From Candidatus Cloacimonadales bacterium (GTDB taxonomy: Bacteria > Cloacimonadota > Cloacimonadia > Cloacimonadales > JAIOQZ01): DNA of 64,000 bases. Shown one piece after another: positions 38,275 to 48,800 of the stretch. Numbering within the stretch: position 1 is the first letter of the stretch; the number at the start of each line of letters is the position of its first letter. The notes beneath the pieces are model-generated. The model had not been told where the DNA came from. It saw nothing but the letters and a program-made list of their open reading frames with translations, and made no database searches. A program made the position numbers and the translations under genes. The stretch is from contig CAXXTU010000002.1 of NCBI GenBank assembly GCA_963662655.2, positions 2,176,001-2,240,000 of the forward strand, in the 5' to 3' direction.

Positions 38275-40472
38275 GAGAGGTTAAGAGAGAATCTCTCCGT
38301 AAGGACGTCGGATATGTATTCGACTGGCTTCTCGATGATTCCTTCCAGGTGATCGCTGAAGAAGAAATTGCCTTGCTCATACTTGATCAGGATCACCTCG
38401 TTGAGGTTCTGGTACGATTCGTCGATGTTCCCCGAAACCTTGTGGATGCTGAGGGTGTCGCCCTCGCTCAGTCGAACGAACTCGGTATTCATCAGCGATT
38501 GCACGTATTCTCTCCGGTCGGGATCGTCCATGAGCTTCTTGTCGAGAACCTTCTGCATTCGGAAGAAATGGCTGTTCTGGAAATGCTTGAGCGAGAATAG
38601 CGCTTCTCCGGCGATGTTGAAGTATTCGACGTTTTCGAGCTTCTCCGAAGTCATTCGATCGTCGCTGCCGTTGACAAAGGTTCCGTTCGTGCTGTTCAAA
38701 TCTTTGAGGATTCCGCTCGTGAAATCCATTTCGAGGTGGTTGCCGGAAATCCACTCGCTCAGGAGGATCACGTCGTTATCTTGATTTCTGCCGAATCGTA
38801 GCGTGTTCTGAGTGAAAATAACATAGTTGCGCAGACTGAATTTATCGAGGATCACCATACGCAGCTGAGTTGCCTCGGAGGCTTCCGTAATGGAGACGCT
38901 TCGCTTGAGCCGGGAAGCGGTTCTGCGGAATTCATCCAGTTCCGGAGTATGGAAATCGGTTGTGATGTTGACGGCGTGCTCGTATTGCTCGACGAGTCTT
39001 TGCAGATCGGTATTCCCCGATTCGCCTTCATCGAGTTGATCGAGGCGCGCTTGCAATTTACGGAGCTCCCGGAGTTTGTTGATGAGCTTCTTCTTCTGCT
39101 GCTGGAAGGTCTCGATGCGCTCGATATCCGCGATTTTCATCAGGAAATCGAGTATGTCATCGAACGCCTCGATGATGTGCTTGTCCGTCTGGGCCGCCTC
39201 GAGTTTGTCCTGCAAGCTTCGCTCGAAAAACGTATCCAGATCTTCGCGGATCTGCGAGCGCATCTCCGAGAGCTTGTCCTTGATATATTCGGAGATGGAA
39301 TCGTCATCCACCTTTTCGCTTAGATGAAGGTAGAACGCGATCATCTCCTCGATTTTCCCGTCGTCGTCTTCCACGTTGATCATGCGGTTGAATATCTTGT
39401 AGTAGTCCATCAAGTCGCGTCGGTAGACATTCGAAAGCGCTTTCTCGAATCGTTCCGAGATGTCGCTCAGGGACGGCTTGAGGGTCTTCATCTCAATGTA
39501 GTCGGAATCGACGAGATGATGGAAGCTTCTGATCTTGTGGTAGAGGGATATCAGCTTGCGCGTGTCGTTAATTTCACGGGGCAGGGAGAGGTATTTGTAC
39601 ATCTGAATCAGCTCGGGGTAGTCCTCGTTGATGAATTTCATGAACGCGTCGTATCGCTCCTTCTGGTTGATGAAATCGCGATACCTCTTGGCGTAAACGT
39701 ACTGTCGCAGTGGCTGGTAGATGGTCTCGAAATCTCCCACGATAGCGATAAGCTTATGCAGGGAAGGCTCTTTTTTCTTTTCTTCCTGCTCGTAGAGCTT
39801 GCGCGTGTTGAGGAATACTTCTTCCATCTTTGTCCGCAAGAAGCTGACAATGTGTTCGAGCAGCTTCGGATTTTTTCGCAGGGAGAACTCGTGCAATTGC
39901 AGGATTCCTTTCAGGCGCACTGCGATGGTAGGCGTGATGTCTTCCACGGGCGTGTTGAGCATGTTTTCGACAATGTCCTTTACCTCTTCCTGCTGCATGA
40001 ACTGGTTCAGGATGTTGTAATAACCGGTTGCGAGGCGTTTGTTCATCTCCGCGAGCGCGGCGATGGCCTGCTGGATATCGGCAAGATGATTTGTTCTTCG
40101 GGATTCGTCGTGGATGGTCTCTTCCAGGAAATCCAGGATCGTATTGAAGTAGGAACTCTCGACTTTCTCTTTCAGGGAATAGACGCTTTCATCTTTCATC
40201 CGGCTGCTTTCCATCCGGAATTCGCACCGATAGATATTGAAGAGGGACGAGACGAGGTAATTCAAGCGCTCGAGGCCGTAGTAGGAGGTCGATGTGTTGT
40301 AGTGCCGATAGGCGGTGCTGAGCCAGTCGCGGTTCGTTGCCGCCGTACCGATGACCATGTTGATGACTTTCTTTGCATTGTTCCAGCGTTCAACGTGGCT
40401 TGCAACATCGTTCTTCGCTTTCTTTTTCAAATCGGAAATCCGGTAAATTTGATTTCGCATCGATCGCTCCAC
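38271..40472 (-). CDS. Large helical/coiled-coil protein with a C-terminal FHA domain
   Basis: FHA signature 'FGR...NDV.L....ISGNH...LKDLNSTNGTFVNG'. Confidence 0.85.
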   Translation of the reverse strand: MERSMRNQIYRISDLKKKAKNDVASHVERWNNAKKVINMVIGTAATNRDWLSTAYRHYNTSTSYYGLERLNYLVSSLFNIYRCEFRMESSRMKDESVYSLKEKVESSYFNTILDFLEETIHDESRRTNHLADIQQAIAALAEMNKRLATGYYNILNQFMQQEEVKDIVENMLNTPVEDITPTIAVRLKGILQLHEFSLRKNPKLLEHIVSFLRTKMEEVFLNTRKLYEQEEKKKEPSLHKLIAIVGDFETIYQPLRQYVYAKRYRDFINQKERYDAFMKFINEDYPELIQMYKYLSLPREINDTRKLISLYHKIRSFHHLVDSDYIEMKTLKPSLSDISERFEKALSNVYRRDLMDYYKIFNRMINVEDDDGKIEEMIAFYLHLSEKVDDDSISEYIKDKLSEMRSQIREDLDTFFERSLQDKLEAAQTDKHIIEAFDDILDFLMKIADIERIETFQQQKKKLINKLRELRKLQARLDQLDEGESGNTDLQRLVEQYEHAVNITTDFHTPELDEFRRTASRLKRSVSITEASEATQLRMVILDKFSLRNYVIFTQNTLRFGRNQDNDVILLSEWISGNHLEMDFTSGILKDLNSTNGTFVNGSDDRMTSEKLENVEYFNIAGEALFSLKHFQNSHFFRMQKVLDKKLMDDPDRREYVQSLMNTEFVRLSEGDTLSIHKVSGNIDESYQNLNEVILIKYEQGNFFFSDHLEGIIEKPVEYISDVLTERFSLNLS

Positions 40473-40481
40473 TTACAGAAT

Positions 40482-41117
40482 TTACAGGAAAAACTGCCAC
40501 GCGATAACGAGCAGGTTTTCGAGGAGAAAACCTGCGCTCAGCCATCCGGCATAATATCCTCGCGTAACACGGTTGGCAATGAACAGCGCGAGAAAGGACG
40601 CACCGAGATTGATCAGGAAAAACCAGACGGGCGGTTCATCGGTGTGAGACAGGAGGAAACTCGATTTCAGGTAGACTTCTCCCGTTTCGATTTTATCAAT
40701 GGTTTCCTTCACGCTCAGCTCGTATCGTTTTTTGAACATTCTCGTGTTCTGACGAAGCATAACTTCGCTAATGATCAACCATTTTGCTGGAATGAATACG
40801 CCGATTTCGGGTGTTTTCCCGTTATCATATATCCGATTCTGCTGTTCCATGTTTTCTTTGAATAATTTATGCAGATTCAGGTGATCCACCAGCTTGAATT
40901 CTTGCGCAGCCGATATCCGGACTGCCAACCGGGCATCGAAGGCACGGCCTATATCGTTCTCGGCGGGAGAAAATCTCAATACTTCACCCATCGGGATTTT
41001 CTGGCGCATCTCTGAATAAGCGCGCTCCACCGCCTGATCTATCAGCTGTTCGACGACATCTACAGCGTGGATGTACGACACAATGAGTGCAAAAAAAACG
41101 ATGATGTATTTCTTCAT
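40482..41117 (-). CDS. Exported CsgG/LpoB-like domain protein with a C-terminal TM anchor
   Basis: Signal peptide, 'FKLVD..NL.KLF.E...Q....D...EIG' (CsgG/HfaB-like pattern) and two C-terminal TMs. Confidence 0.6.
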   Translation of the reverse strand: MKKYIIVFFALIVSYIHAVDVVEQLIDQAVERAYSEMRQKIPMGEVLRFSPAENDIGRAFDARLAVRISAAQEFKLVDHLNLHKLFKENMEQQNRIYDNGKTPEIGVFIPAKWLIISEVMLRQNTRMFKKRYELSVKETIDKIETGEVYLKSSFLLSHTDEPPVWFFLINLGASFLALFIANRVTRGYYAGWLSAGFLLENLLVIAWQFFL

Positions 41118-41361
41118 TACCGTAACCAGTTTTTGTTTGAATAATTGCCGGGTAACCCACATGCTGTCAAATACTTTCATGTTCGACACTATCCAATCCG
41201 CCTAAAAAACGATAAAAAAAATGGAAATAAATGGTTGTCAATAGATAGTCGTACGATTTATTTGGTATTATTGATTGCCAGCTGTTGCAGATGTTGTATT
41301 ATATTATTGAAGCAATTAGGGATGATTCCACACACAGAAATCTGAATTTCGGAGTAAAAGC

Positions 41362-41571
41362 ATGGAAAAAGTACGTGTTAAGAAGAAACGTCATAAGGGC
41401 AAACATCGTCATCATTCTCATTCTGACCACGTCAACGATGCGTTTCATATCAACAAGTCACGCTATCAAGCTGAGCGATTAATCGATTCCGCGGGAAAGC
41501 TGATCGCATTTTTCGTGGGAGTCGGATTTGTTTTCTTCGTGCTTTACATCATTTTACAATTTATCAAATAA
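41362..41571 (+). CDS. Small Lys/His-rich membrane protein
   Basis: GGAG RBS, KKKRHKGKHRHHSHSDH N-terminus and C-terminal TM. Confidence 0.6.
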   Translation: MEKVRVKKKRHKGKHRHHSHSDHVNDAFHINKSRYQAERLIDSAGKLIAFFVGVGFVFFVLYIILQFIK

Positions 41572-41574
41572 CTT

Positions 41575-42597
41575 CTACTTGATTCTTGCTACACGTTCAC
41601 CCATATGGACGGATGTCTCGATTCTTATCTTTGATTTCTCGCTAATATCTGAGTCAATGGTGATCTTCCCAGGCTCGAACAGCAAAATAACGGTTGACCC
41701 GCCAAAGAAGAAATAACCCTTTTCTTCACCCTTTGCGACCGGATTTCCCGGGAGATATTCTTGCTTAATGCCACCTGTAAGCGTTGATCCCACTTCCATC
41801 ATCAGGACATCGCCAAGCGTGTTATTGCGAATCGTGCAATACTCGCGCTTGTTTTCGCTAAACGCCTTTGCCTTTTTGAGAAGAGCCAGGGGTGAAACGG
41901 AGTAGTATTTTCCTGCGATTTTCGTCGCTTCAGACGGTACTCCGTCCACCGGGAAATGGAATCGATGGTAATCGGCGGGACTTAGCCGAAAGATCAGCAT
42001 GGAGCCTTGCCTGTACTTCTCCGCGAGGGCGGGATTGCCCAGGAGTTCCTGCAGGTTATAATCGAAGCCTTTGATGGGGTATTTACGGTCCAGGCTTATA
42101 TCGCTGAATCCGAGGACTTTGGAATCGGCCGGAGAAACGATGGCGCAGCTGCTGCTTGCGATGGGACGAAACGCTAAGTCGATTCTCCGGGTGAAGAACT
42201 CGTTGAATGTGGTGAATCCTTCGATCGGCTGCGGAAAGGGCGTCATGTCTATCTCGAGTTGCTTGATGAATCCGGGTATTTTCTTCGCGCTGGAAGGCTT
42301 GTCCATCATTTTCCCGTAACAGTCCGAGACAAATTTCCGCGAGACCATGCCTTCCAGAGTCAGCTTACCCAACGGGGCATTGTACAGCCAACGAATCCAG
42401 TATTTGCCAGGAACGATTTCCTCTTTCATGGCTCCGGTCTCCCGGTCGTAGTAGTTTACCGGATCGTTCGTGTAGAGTGTGAAAAAGGCTGAAACGACGG
42501 TCACACCAATTAACAACAGAAGGCTGAATACAAACATGCCGGTGAAATTGTATTTAAATCTCGATTTCTTCTTCAGTTTAACTCGGGAATGTCCCAT
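41575..42597 (-). CDS. psd: Phosphatidylserine decarboxylase proenzyme
   Basis: 'FNEFFTR', 'SPAD', 'RLSPADYHRFHFP' and 'GYFFFGGST' self-cleavage motif. GAGGAG RBS. Confidence 0.93.
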   Translation of the reverse strand: MGHSRVKLKKKSRFKYNFTGMFVFSLLLLIGVTVVSAFFTLYTNDPVNYYDRETGAMKEEIVPGKYWIRWLYNAPLGKLTLEGMVSRKFVSDCYGKMMDKPSSAKKIPGFIKQLEIDMTPFPQPIEGFTTFNEFFTRRIDLAFRPIASSSCAIVSPADSKVLGFSDISLDRKYPIKGFDYNLQELLGNPALAEKYRQGSMLIFRLSPADYHRFHFPVDGVPSEATKIAGKYYSVSPLALLKKAKAFSENKREYCTIRNNTLGDVLMMEVGSTLTGGIKQEYLPGNPVAKGEEKGYFFFGGSTVILLFEPGKITIDSDISEKSKIRIETSVHMGERVARIK

Positions 42598-42685
42598 TGC
42601 ACTTTCTCCTCAATTCATTGCAAACTAATTTAGCAGCTTCGCAATTTCCGGCAAGCTTTTTGAAGGGAGTTTTTCGAGATTGGAG

Positions 42686-42868
42686 GTCGCGCGCCCAAGC
42701 CGCGCGGCGGGACGGCGTTGGAAGCCTTACGGCTTCCTGCCTCCCTGTCCTTTGCAAACATTTGGTTTGCAAAGGACAGGGAGGCGTTTGCTTAGCAAAC
42801 ACGCCGTCCCGCCGCGCTCGCTGGCGAGCGCGCAAAGAGCCCCGCGAGGATACCTCGCGGGGCTCGAC
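42686..42868 (+). repeat. Structured four-way-junction intergenic element, copy A
   Basis: Perfect 17-bp closing stem (42702-42718 / 42801-42817) enclosing three hairpins, with two more hairpins 3'. Termini GTCG...CGAC flanked by AG/AG. Confidence 0.8.
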
Positions 42869-42881
42869 AGACCGGTAACGG

Positions 42882-45800
42882 TTATTGGGTGGATTTGCGT
42901 AAGGAGCGGACAGCTTCTGTGCTGGCCGTGACGCGGTAATAACGATTTCCTGAAGGAAGCAGGCAATCCCATGATGTTGCGGCGGTGATTGCTTCCAGGG
43001 TCCATTGATCGCCTTGTGCAGTTGGATTCGAAATGGAATAGACTTTGTAGGATGTCGCCCCCGCGACGGAATCCCAGCTCAGGCTGACGTTCCCGCTTTG
43101 TATCGATATCCGCAGGTTTTTCGGTGCGCTCAGGATGCCGGTTGGTAACTGGAATTCGTGCGGATTCACCGGATCACCGATGATCTGATTGCTAACAATG
43201 CTCAGGGTGTCGTCCAGGTCGCAGAATTCACCCGTTTGCTCGTTCCAGGCCTTGAAAGTTACAGTATCGAAGTACTGGTTTGAGTACACCGTGAGGAAAT
43301 ATAGGTAATTTCCCTGTACCTGAATTGGAGAAGCGATTCCCCGGCATTCCTCTCCCACGAAAGCACCGATGACGATGTCCGGGTCGTTCAGAAGCACTTC
43401 ATCTAGCCAAAGGTTTCCTGTGATGTTCGCCGAATACTCGTAATCGAGCGGGTCGAGTTCCCAGCCCGGGATATCCGGTATCGCCGCGATGGCGCGTTGC
43501 GATGTCGCCTGACTGGTCAGTCCGCGCGTCAGGTTGTAGTCAGGGTAGTGGAACGAACCGGAATTCTGCGTGTTAAGCATGTAACCTTCTCCGGGATTCA
43601 TGAACAGCAGTGAACCGACCCAGCCGTAGCCTTCGATGAATTGAGCAAAGCCTTTCTGGCTCTTGATCAGATCGCCGGTCACCGGATTATCGATGTCGTC
43701 GAGCGCTTCGGTGACGCTTACGCTAACGTGCGGGATAAATCCAATCCAGTTCCATCCGCTTCCGTACGTGATACTCGCGGTATATGGGTCTTCCAACAAA
43801 CCGGTAAGCAGAAGCTCATCGTCTGTCGTGAGCTTGATCTTCACCATCTCGGTTGTCGATATCTCAGCCAGAGATCCAACCCATCCGACCCCGTCCACGT
43901 ACTGCGCGTATTCGGTCTGGTTCTTGATTAAATCGCCGGCAACCGGATTCAGGCTCGCGAGCAGCGAATCGACAGACATGGATGTCTGGTTATCCAGATT
44001 CGTGGAGAGCCAGGTCCAGCCCTGGTTGCAGGAGATTGAACGAACCAGATCCGGTTCTGCATGAACAACGGTTGGAGCAACCGGCGTCCCGTAAACCGCT
44101 CCTTCGAGGAACACAAAAGACTCCGCGATTCCATAATGCTCCTTGCATTCGGAGGCGTCCCACACACGGAAGATGATCTCCTCGCCGTACTCGATATCGC
44201 TCTGAACGGTGAGGAAGAAAGCATAGGTGTTCTCGAGGTACGGAACAAGCTCCGTCTGCGCGTAACCGTGGCAGACCAGATTCCCTTGCGCGTCTTCGAT
44301 AAACGCGCCGATAACATCGTTGAGATCGTTCGAGACGACGCCTTCGATAGACATTTGCCCGGTGATCGACATCGAATAATCGTAGCCCCCGATCATCTGC
44401 ATCGACCACGCGGGAGGGTCGGCCAGCACCCCGATCTCGATTACCAGCGGTTCCGATCCCAGTCCGGGGATATTGGCGTAAATCGTATCGCGATAGGTGC
44501 CGAAACCAAGTTGCTCGCTGATGGTGAAGGTCAAAACCTCCGAATCCAGCGGCAACAACGATCCGGACATGGGATTGACGGTAAGCCACACCGGGATGCT
44601 CTCGATGGCGAATGACGAAAGTTGTCCGCCACTGTTGATCAACTGGTTGGTCAGAAGCATCTCCTCTCCCAACGGCTTGATGATCTCCATCTTCGTTGTT
44701 TCCCAGTATACCGGGTTGGCGTTTACGAAGAATTCCCACTCCACCGGCGCTTCGAGCGCGTTGCCGTACAGGTCGTTAACATTCGAAACCGTCACCTCAA
44801 GCGTCTGGTTCTCAATGAAGTGGTTCGCGCTGAGGATCGTAACGACAATCTTGTTCTCGAAACAGCCTACGCCGTATACCACATCGCCGATTCCTCCGAT
44901 AATATCGACCGATACATTCTCGATCGTGACGCTCAAAGGATCGATCAACTCGTCGAAAAAGATGGAAATCTCATCTCCCCTTTGCAGGATTCCGTCGGCA
45001 GGTTCAGGGAGCCCAAGAACCTCCGGACTGTGCTGGTCGATTACGCCGGGAACCGGGGCTGTGTAATACACTCCCAGCAAGCTGTCCACCGCCGCGGCAC
45101 GAATCTCGTACGCATCGTCGCTGAGTTGGTCCACGTACCACGGATAGCGGATGTAATGCGGGGCGGATTCCAGCTCCTCGCGCAGGATTTCGAATCCCGG
45201 ATTCCATATCGTCTCTTCCAGGCGTTTGTACTGGAGCTTGAGCGAATAGAACGAAGGTTTGTCCGTATCGTATTCGCTCAGCAGGACAAACAAGCTGTCT
45301 CCGGCGGCCTGATTGATGATCCAGTTCTCGTGAGGCGACTCAATCGCAACACGGCTGTACGGCGCTTCCCAGGAAACGTCGAACGAGCGCTCGAACTCGA
45401 AGAAGTGGTCGTCTGGGCCATCGTTGCCCCGGTCGCCTTCGCTGTAGAATAGGAGGGTGAGATCATTGTAAACATACTCGGTAGGCCCCTGGCCGACCGT
45501 CATGACCGCCTGGACAGCGCTGTTCCCAAGAACGTCGAACGCCATCGCATCCTCGACCGGCACACCGTTGATCCTGATTTCCGCGCCGTGGGGATTCGTC
45601 TCATTCATCACCGAGAGGTAGTATCGGCGATCCTCGCCCGTCTGGCTCGTGTTGCCCAATGTAAGGACGAATGCGGCCTCTTCTCCTTCAAGAAGGCCGG
45701 TCTCGGTATACCTGTTTGCCGACATGGTCACGCCCTCGCGCGGTTGCGTGTTGGGCTCCCACGGGCAGGATGAAGCGCCCGAAACCAGTTCGAACACCGG

Positions 45801-48800
45801 CGTACCATAGACCGGGTCCACCAGTACATCCACGGTGAAATAGTCAGCGAGCTCGTTCAGATCCGAGGTTTCGTCGTCGTCCGCGAGGGTGAATGACGTC
45901 GTTGTGGTCGTTGTTGTTTCGGAGCTGCTGGATTTGCCTATCGTTACAGCCGTACTGAACTGATAACCCACTTCGCCACCGATTCCGTCTACCGTTCCGC
46001 CAATTTCCAGGCCGAACTCGCCGCTTACCGTGCTGGTGAATTCTATCGTCGCTCCTTCCGTGGATTCGCACTCTTCTTCGTAGGTGTATCCCGCTCCCGC
46101 GTTGAACGAGAGGTTCTCGGGATGATTCGGATTCGGAAGGGCGTTCGCCTTGTTCGTCTCGTTCATATCGAGGAAGCTCTGCCACAAATCGGCGCTCTCC
46201 GCATCTCCGATGGTGATGAGGTTGGGGATAACCGTATTGCGTATCTGATTGTCCGTATATACGTAGACGGTCGCGAATCCGTTGGGGGAGACCATCACGC
46301 TGGTCTCGACATCCACGCTTTGGGTCGTATCATTGTAGCTGATTTCGTTCGTCACGCCCCATATCAGGTTGAGCGCACCGCCGACGAAGAGGTCGGATCC
46401 GTCACCGATAACCTGATCTTCTTCCGATGTTGCATATTCGGTCGAGGTGGTGAACGTGAGCGTCTGTTCCATGCTTTCGGTTTGCTCCGTTCCCACGGTG
46501 ATGCCCATTCCTATGTCCGCCACGATGTCCACTTCGTGCTCCACGCTCATCACGGCGCAACCCGTTTCCCAGGTGAAATCCGGCCCGAGATGAATGTTCA
46601 TGTAGGCGTTGTGCTCCTGACTGGTGCAGACAGCCGCTTCGAAGGAGATGGAGTGACTGCTGCTCTGCGAGAACACGCCCTGGCTGGCGTCTCCGGGAGG
46701 ATCGTGAAGAACCAGGAACGGAATGTCCGGCGATGTTGAGGCGTAGGTAGATTCGAGCGGCTTCACGCCTTCGGTGAGAGCCCAGTCCGTTTGAATGACC
46801 GCGTTGTCGAGGTTGGGATCGTCCACGCGGAATTCGATGCTGTTCTGGTATTGCCGGTTGAATCCGCTGAGCGTGTTGGGCAAGTGCGGTGCGAAACGGT
46901 AAATAACGGATGTTTCACCAGCGAAGTCATGCACGGTTTCGCCCTGCGTTCCGATGTCGTCCTGTACGGTCAGCTCGCAATCCGTGAGCCATGTGACGTG
47001 ATCGGTGAATGAGCCGAAATTGTAGTCTTCAAACGCGCCGATCTCGATCTCGTACCAGATGTTCTGCTGCAACACGTAGAACGGATATTCGGGATACTCC
47101 GCAAACGTGTGTGCTGACAGCGTATCCGGCCATGTGACGCTGATTTCCATGGGAGCTCGCCAAACGTAGGTGAGGGTGTCGGTCACTTCGTCGGGATTCA
47201 GAAGGTCCAGCGCGGCAGTCTTCATGTTCTGGAACTGGTTGTCGATGACCAGGCCGAACGGATCGGAGCCTCTGGGCTCGACGGTTACATTGTAGCTGAG
47301 CGGAGGTACGTTGGTGACCAGATGGGTGCCGTCGAGCCAGCTACCTGTGGTTATCGTGTCACGGTAGCACCCGCAAACCGAATTCAGGTAGATATCAAAT
47401 TCTCCTAACGGCCAGCGGTCGCTTCCGCCTACGACTTCACATCGGAACTGCGTCCGCAGGATGTCCTCGAAATTGATATTGGTGCGCGGATAGGTGACAA
47501 CGCCCAAATCCCAGGTGCGATTCATGGGATGTTCGTTGTAGCTTACCGAGAGTTGGGTATTCTGGCCATGTTCCACTTCCATCGTGTAGTACCCATCTTC
47601 GTCGGTGGTTACGACAGGGATGGTCGTCTCGCCGTTCAGGAGGATCGTGGCTCCATCCACCGCGCAATTCGTTCCCATGAAGATCGCCCTGCCGGTGATG
47701 GGGATCAGCGAGTTATCCGTGAAATCGATGCCGTTCTGCGCGATATTGCTCTCGCTCAGGGTCACGTTGCGCGATTCCGGCTGGAAAAGGTGGCCGGTCT
47801 TGCTGGGGGTAACGGCGAAGGTCGTTACTGCACCGTACGGTATCTGATTAATCTCGTACTCGCCCCACTCGTCCGAGATCGCGCCCAATTGGATATCCGG
47901 ATCGGCAAGCGACCAGTCTGGATTGGCGATTGCGCCGTTGTGGGCGTTGCTGGTGCCGTCGTAGGCGACGCTTCCGGTTCCCTCGTTGAGCGGCCAGTAA
48001 CCTTCAAGTCCCTGCGAATCCCAGGCGACGACGATATTCATGGCTGTCATGATATCGTCCTGCGTACGCGCCGTGCTCCAAACGCGGATGTCGTCGATGT
48101 ATCCCGCGTATCCGGCGCCCGAGACGATGTTCCCGCTCAGCGGGGCGTTCATCAGGAAGGTGCTGTTGGAAGCAACTTCGATACCGTCGATGTAGAGGTA
48201 TGTCGAGGTATTGGCATAGTCGCTGACCATCGCGATATGATGCCAGCCGTTGTCGGAGACGTCGACCGAATCGACAACCTCGGTTATCGTGTGGACTCCA
48301 TCGGTATAGGATAGCGCGCCTCCGCCAATGCTGAACCCGTGGTTCCCCTGGGAGATGACGGGAGTGTTGGCAAGCGGCGTGCGCAGCCAGAGCTCGAAGG
48401 TGCAGTCGTAGGCGTTGTCGCACAGCGGATCCTCGATTTCGAATGAAGAATTTTCGTCGAGTTCCAAGCAGAATCCGTTCGATGGATTGATGGATACTTT
48501 GACGCCGGCAACCGGATTGTTGTTGCTGGTCGTAATCGTTCCGGTGATGACGCCGTTGGGTTTCAGATAGCCGGAATCGCAGTTGGAATCGCCTTCCTCG
48601 TTTCCGTAATATGACTGGACATAGTAGTTGTAGACCTGGCCGGGAACGGCGGTGTAATCCGAATAGGCGTGAGTCTGGCCTTCGAGGGTCACGATGCTGA
48701 TATCGTTCCTGAAAACGCGGAAGCCGGTGGGGACCATATCGTAATCGGGATTGAAGTCCCATAAGAGTTGAACGTATCCCGGATACTCGTTGGCTCCGTC

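Noticed and set aside
41262..41278. Sigma54 promoter upstream of the small His-rich gene
   Set aside because: GG-to-GC spacing is 11 nt rather than the required 10.
42686..42868. The four-way-junction elements read as tRNA/tmRNA or as plain terminators
   Set aside because: The stems are far too long, and there is no TTC T-loop, 7-nt anticodon loop or CCA. There is also no U-tract, and the structure is much more than a terminator needs.
42578..43005. Short ORFs on both strands over element A (and likewise 58890-59353 and 63117-63421)
   Set aside because: By-products of GC-rich palindromic DNA; no RBS or recognisable protein features.
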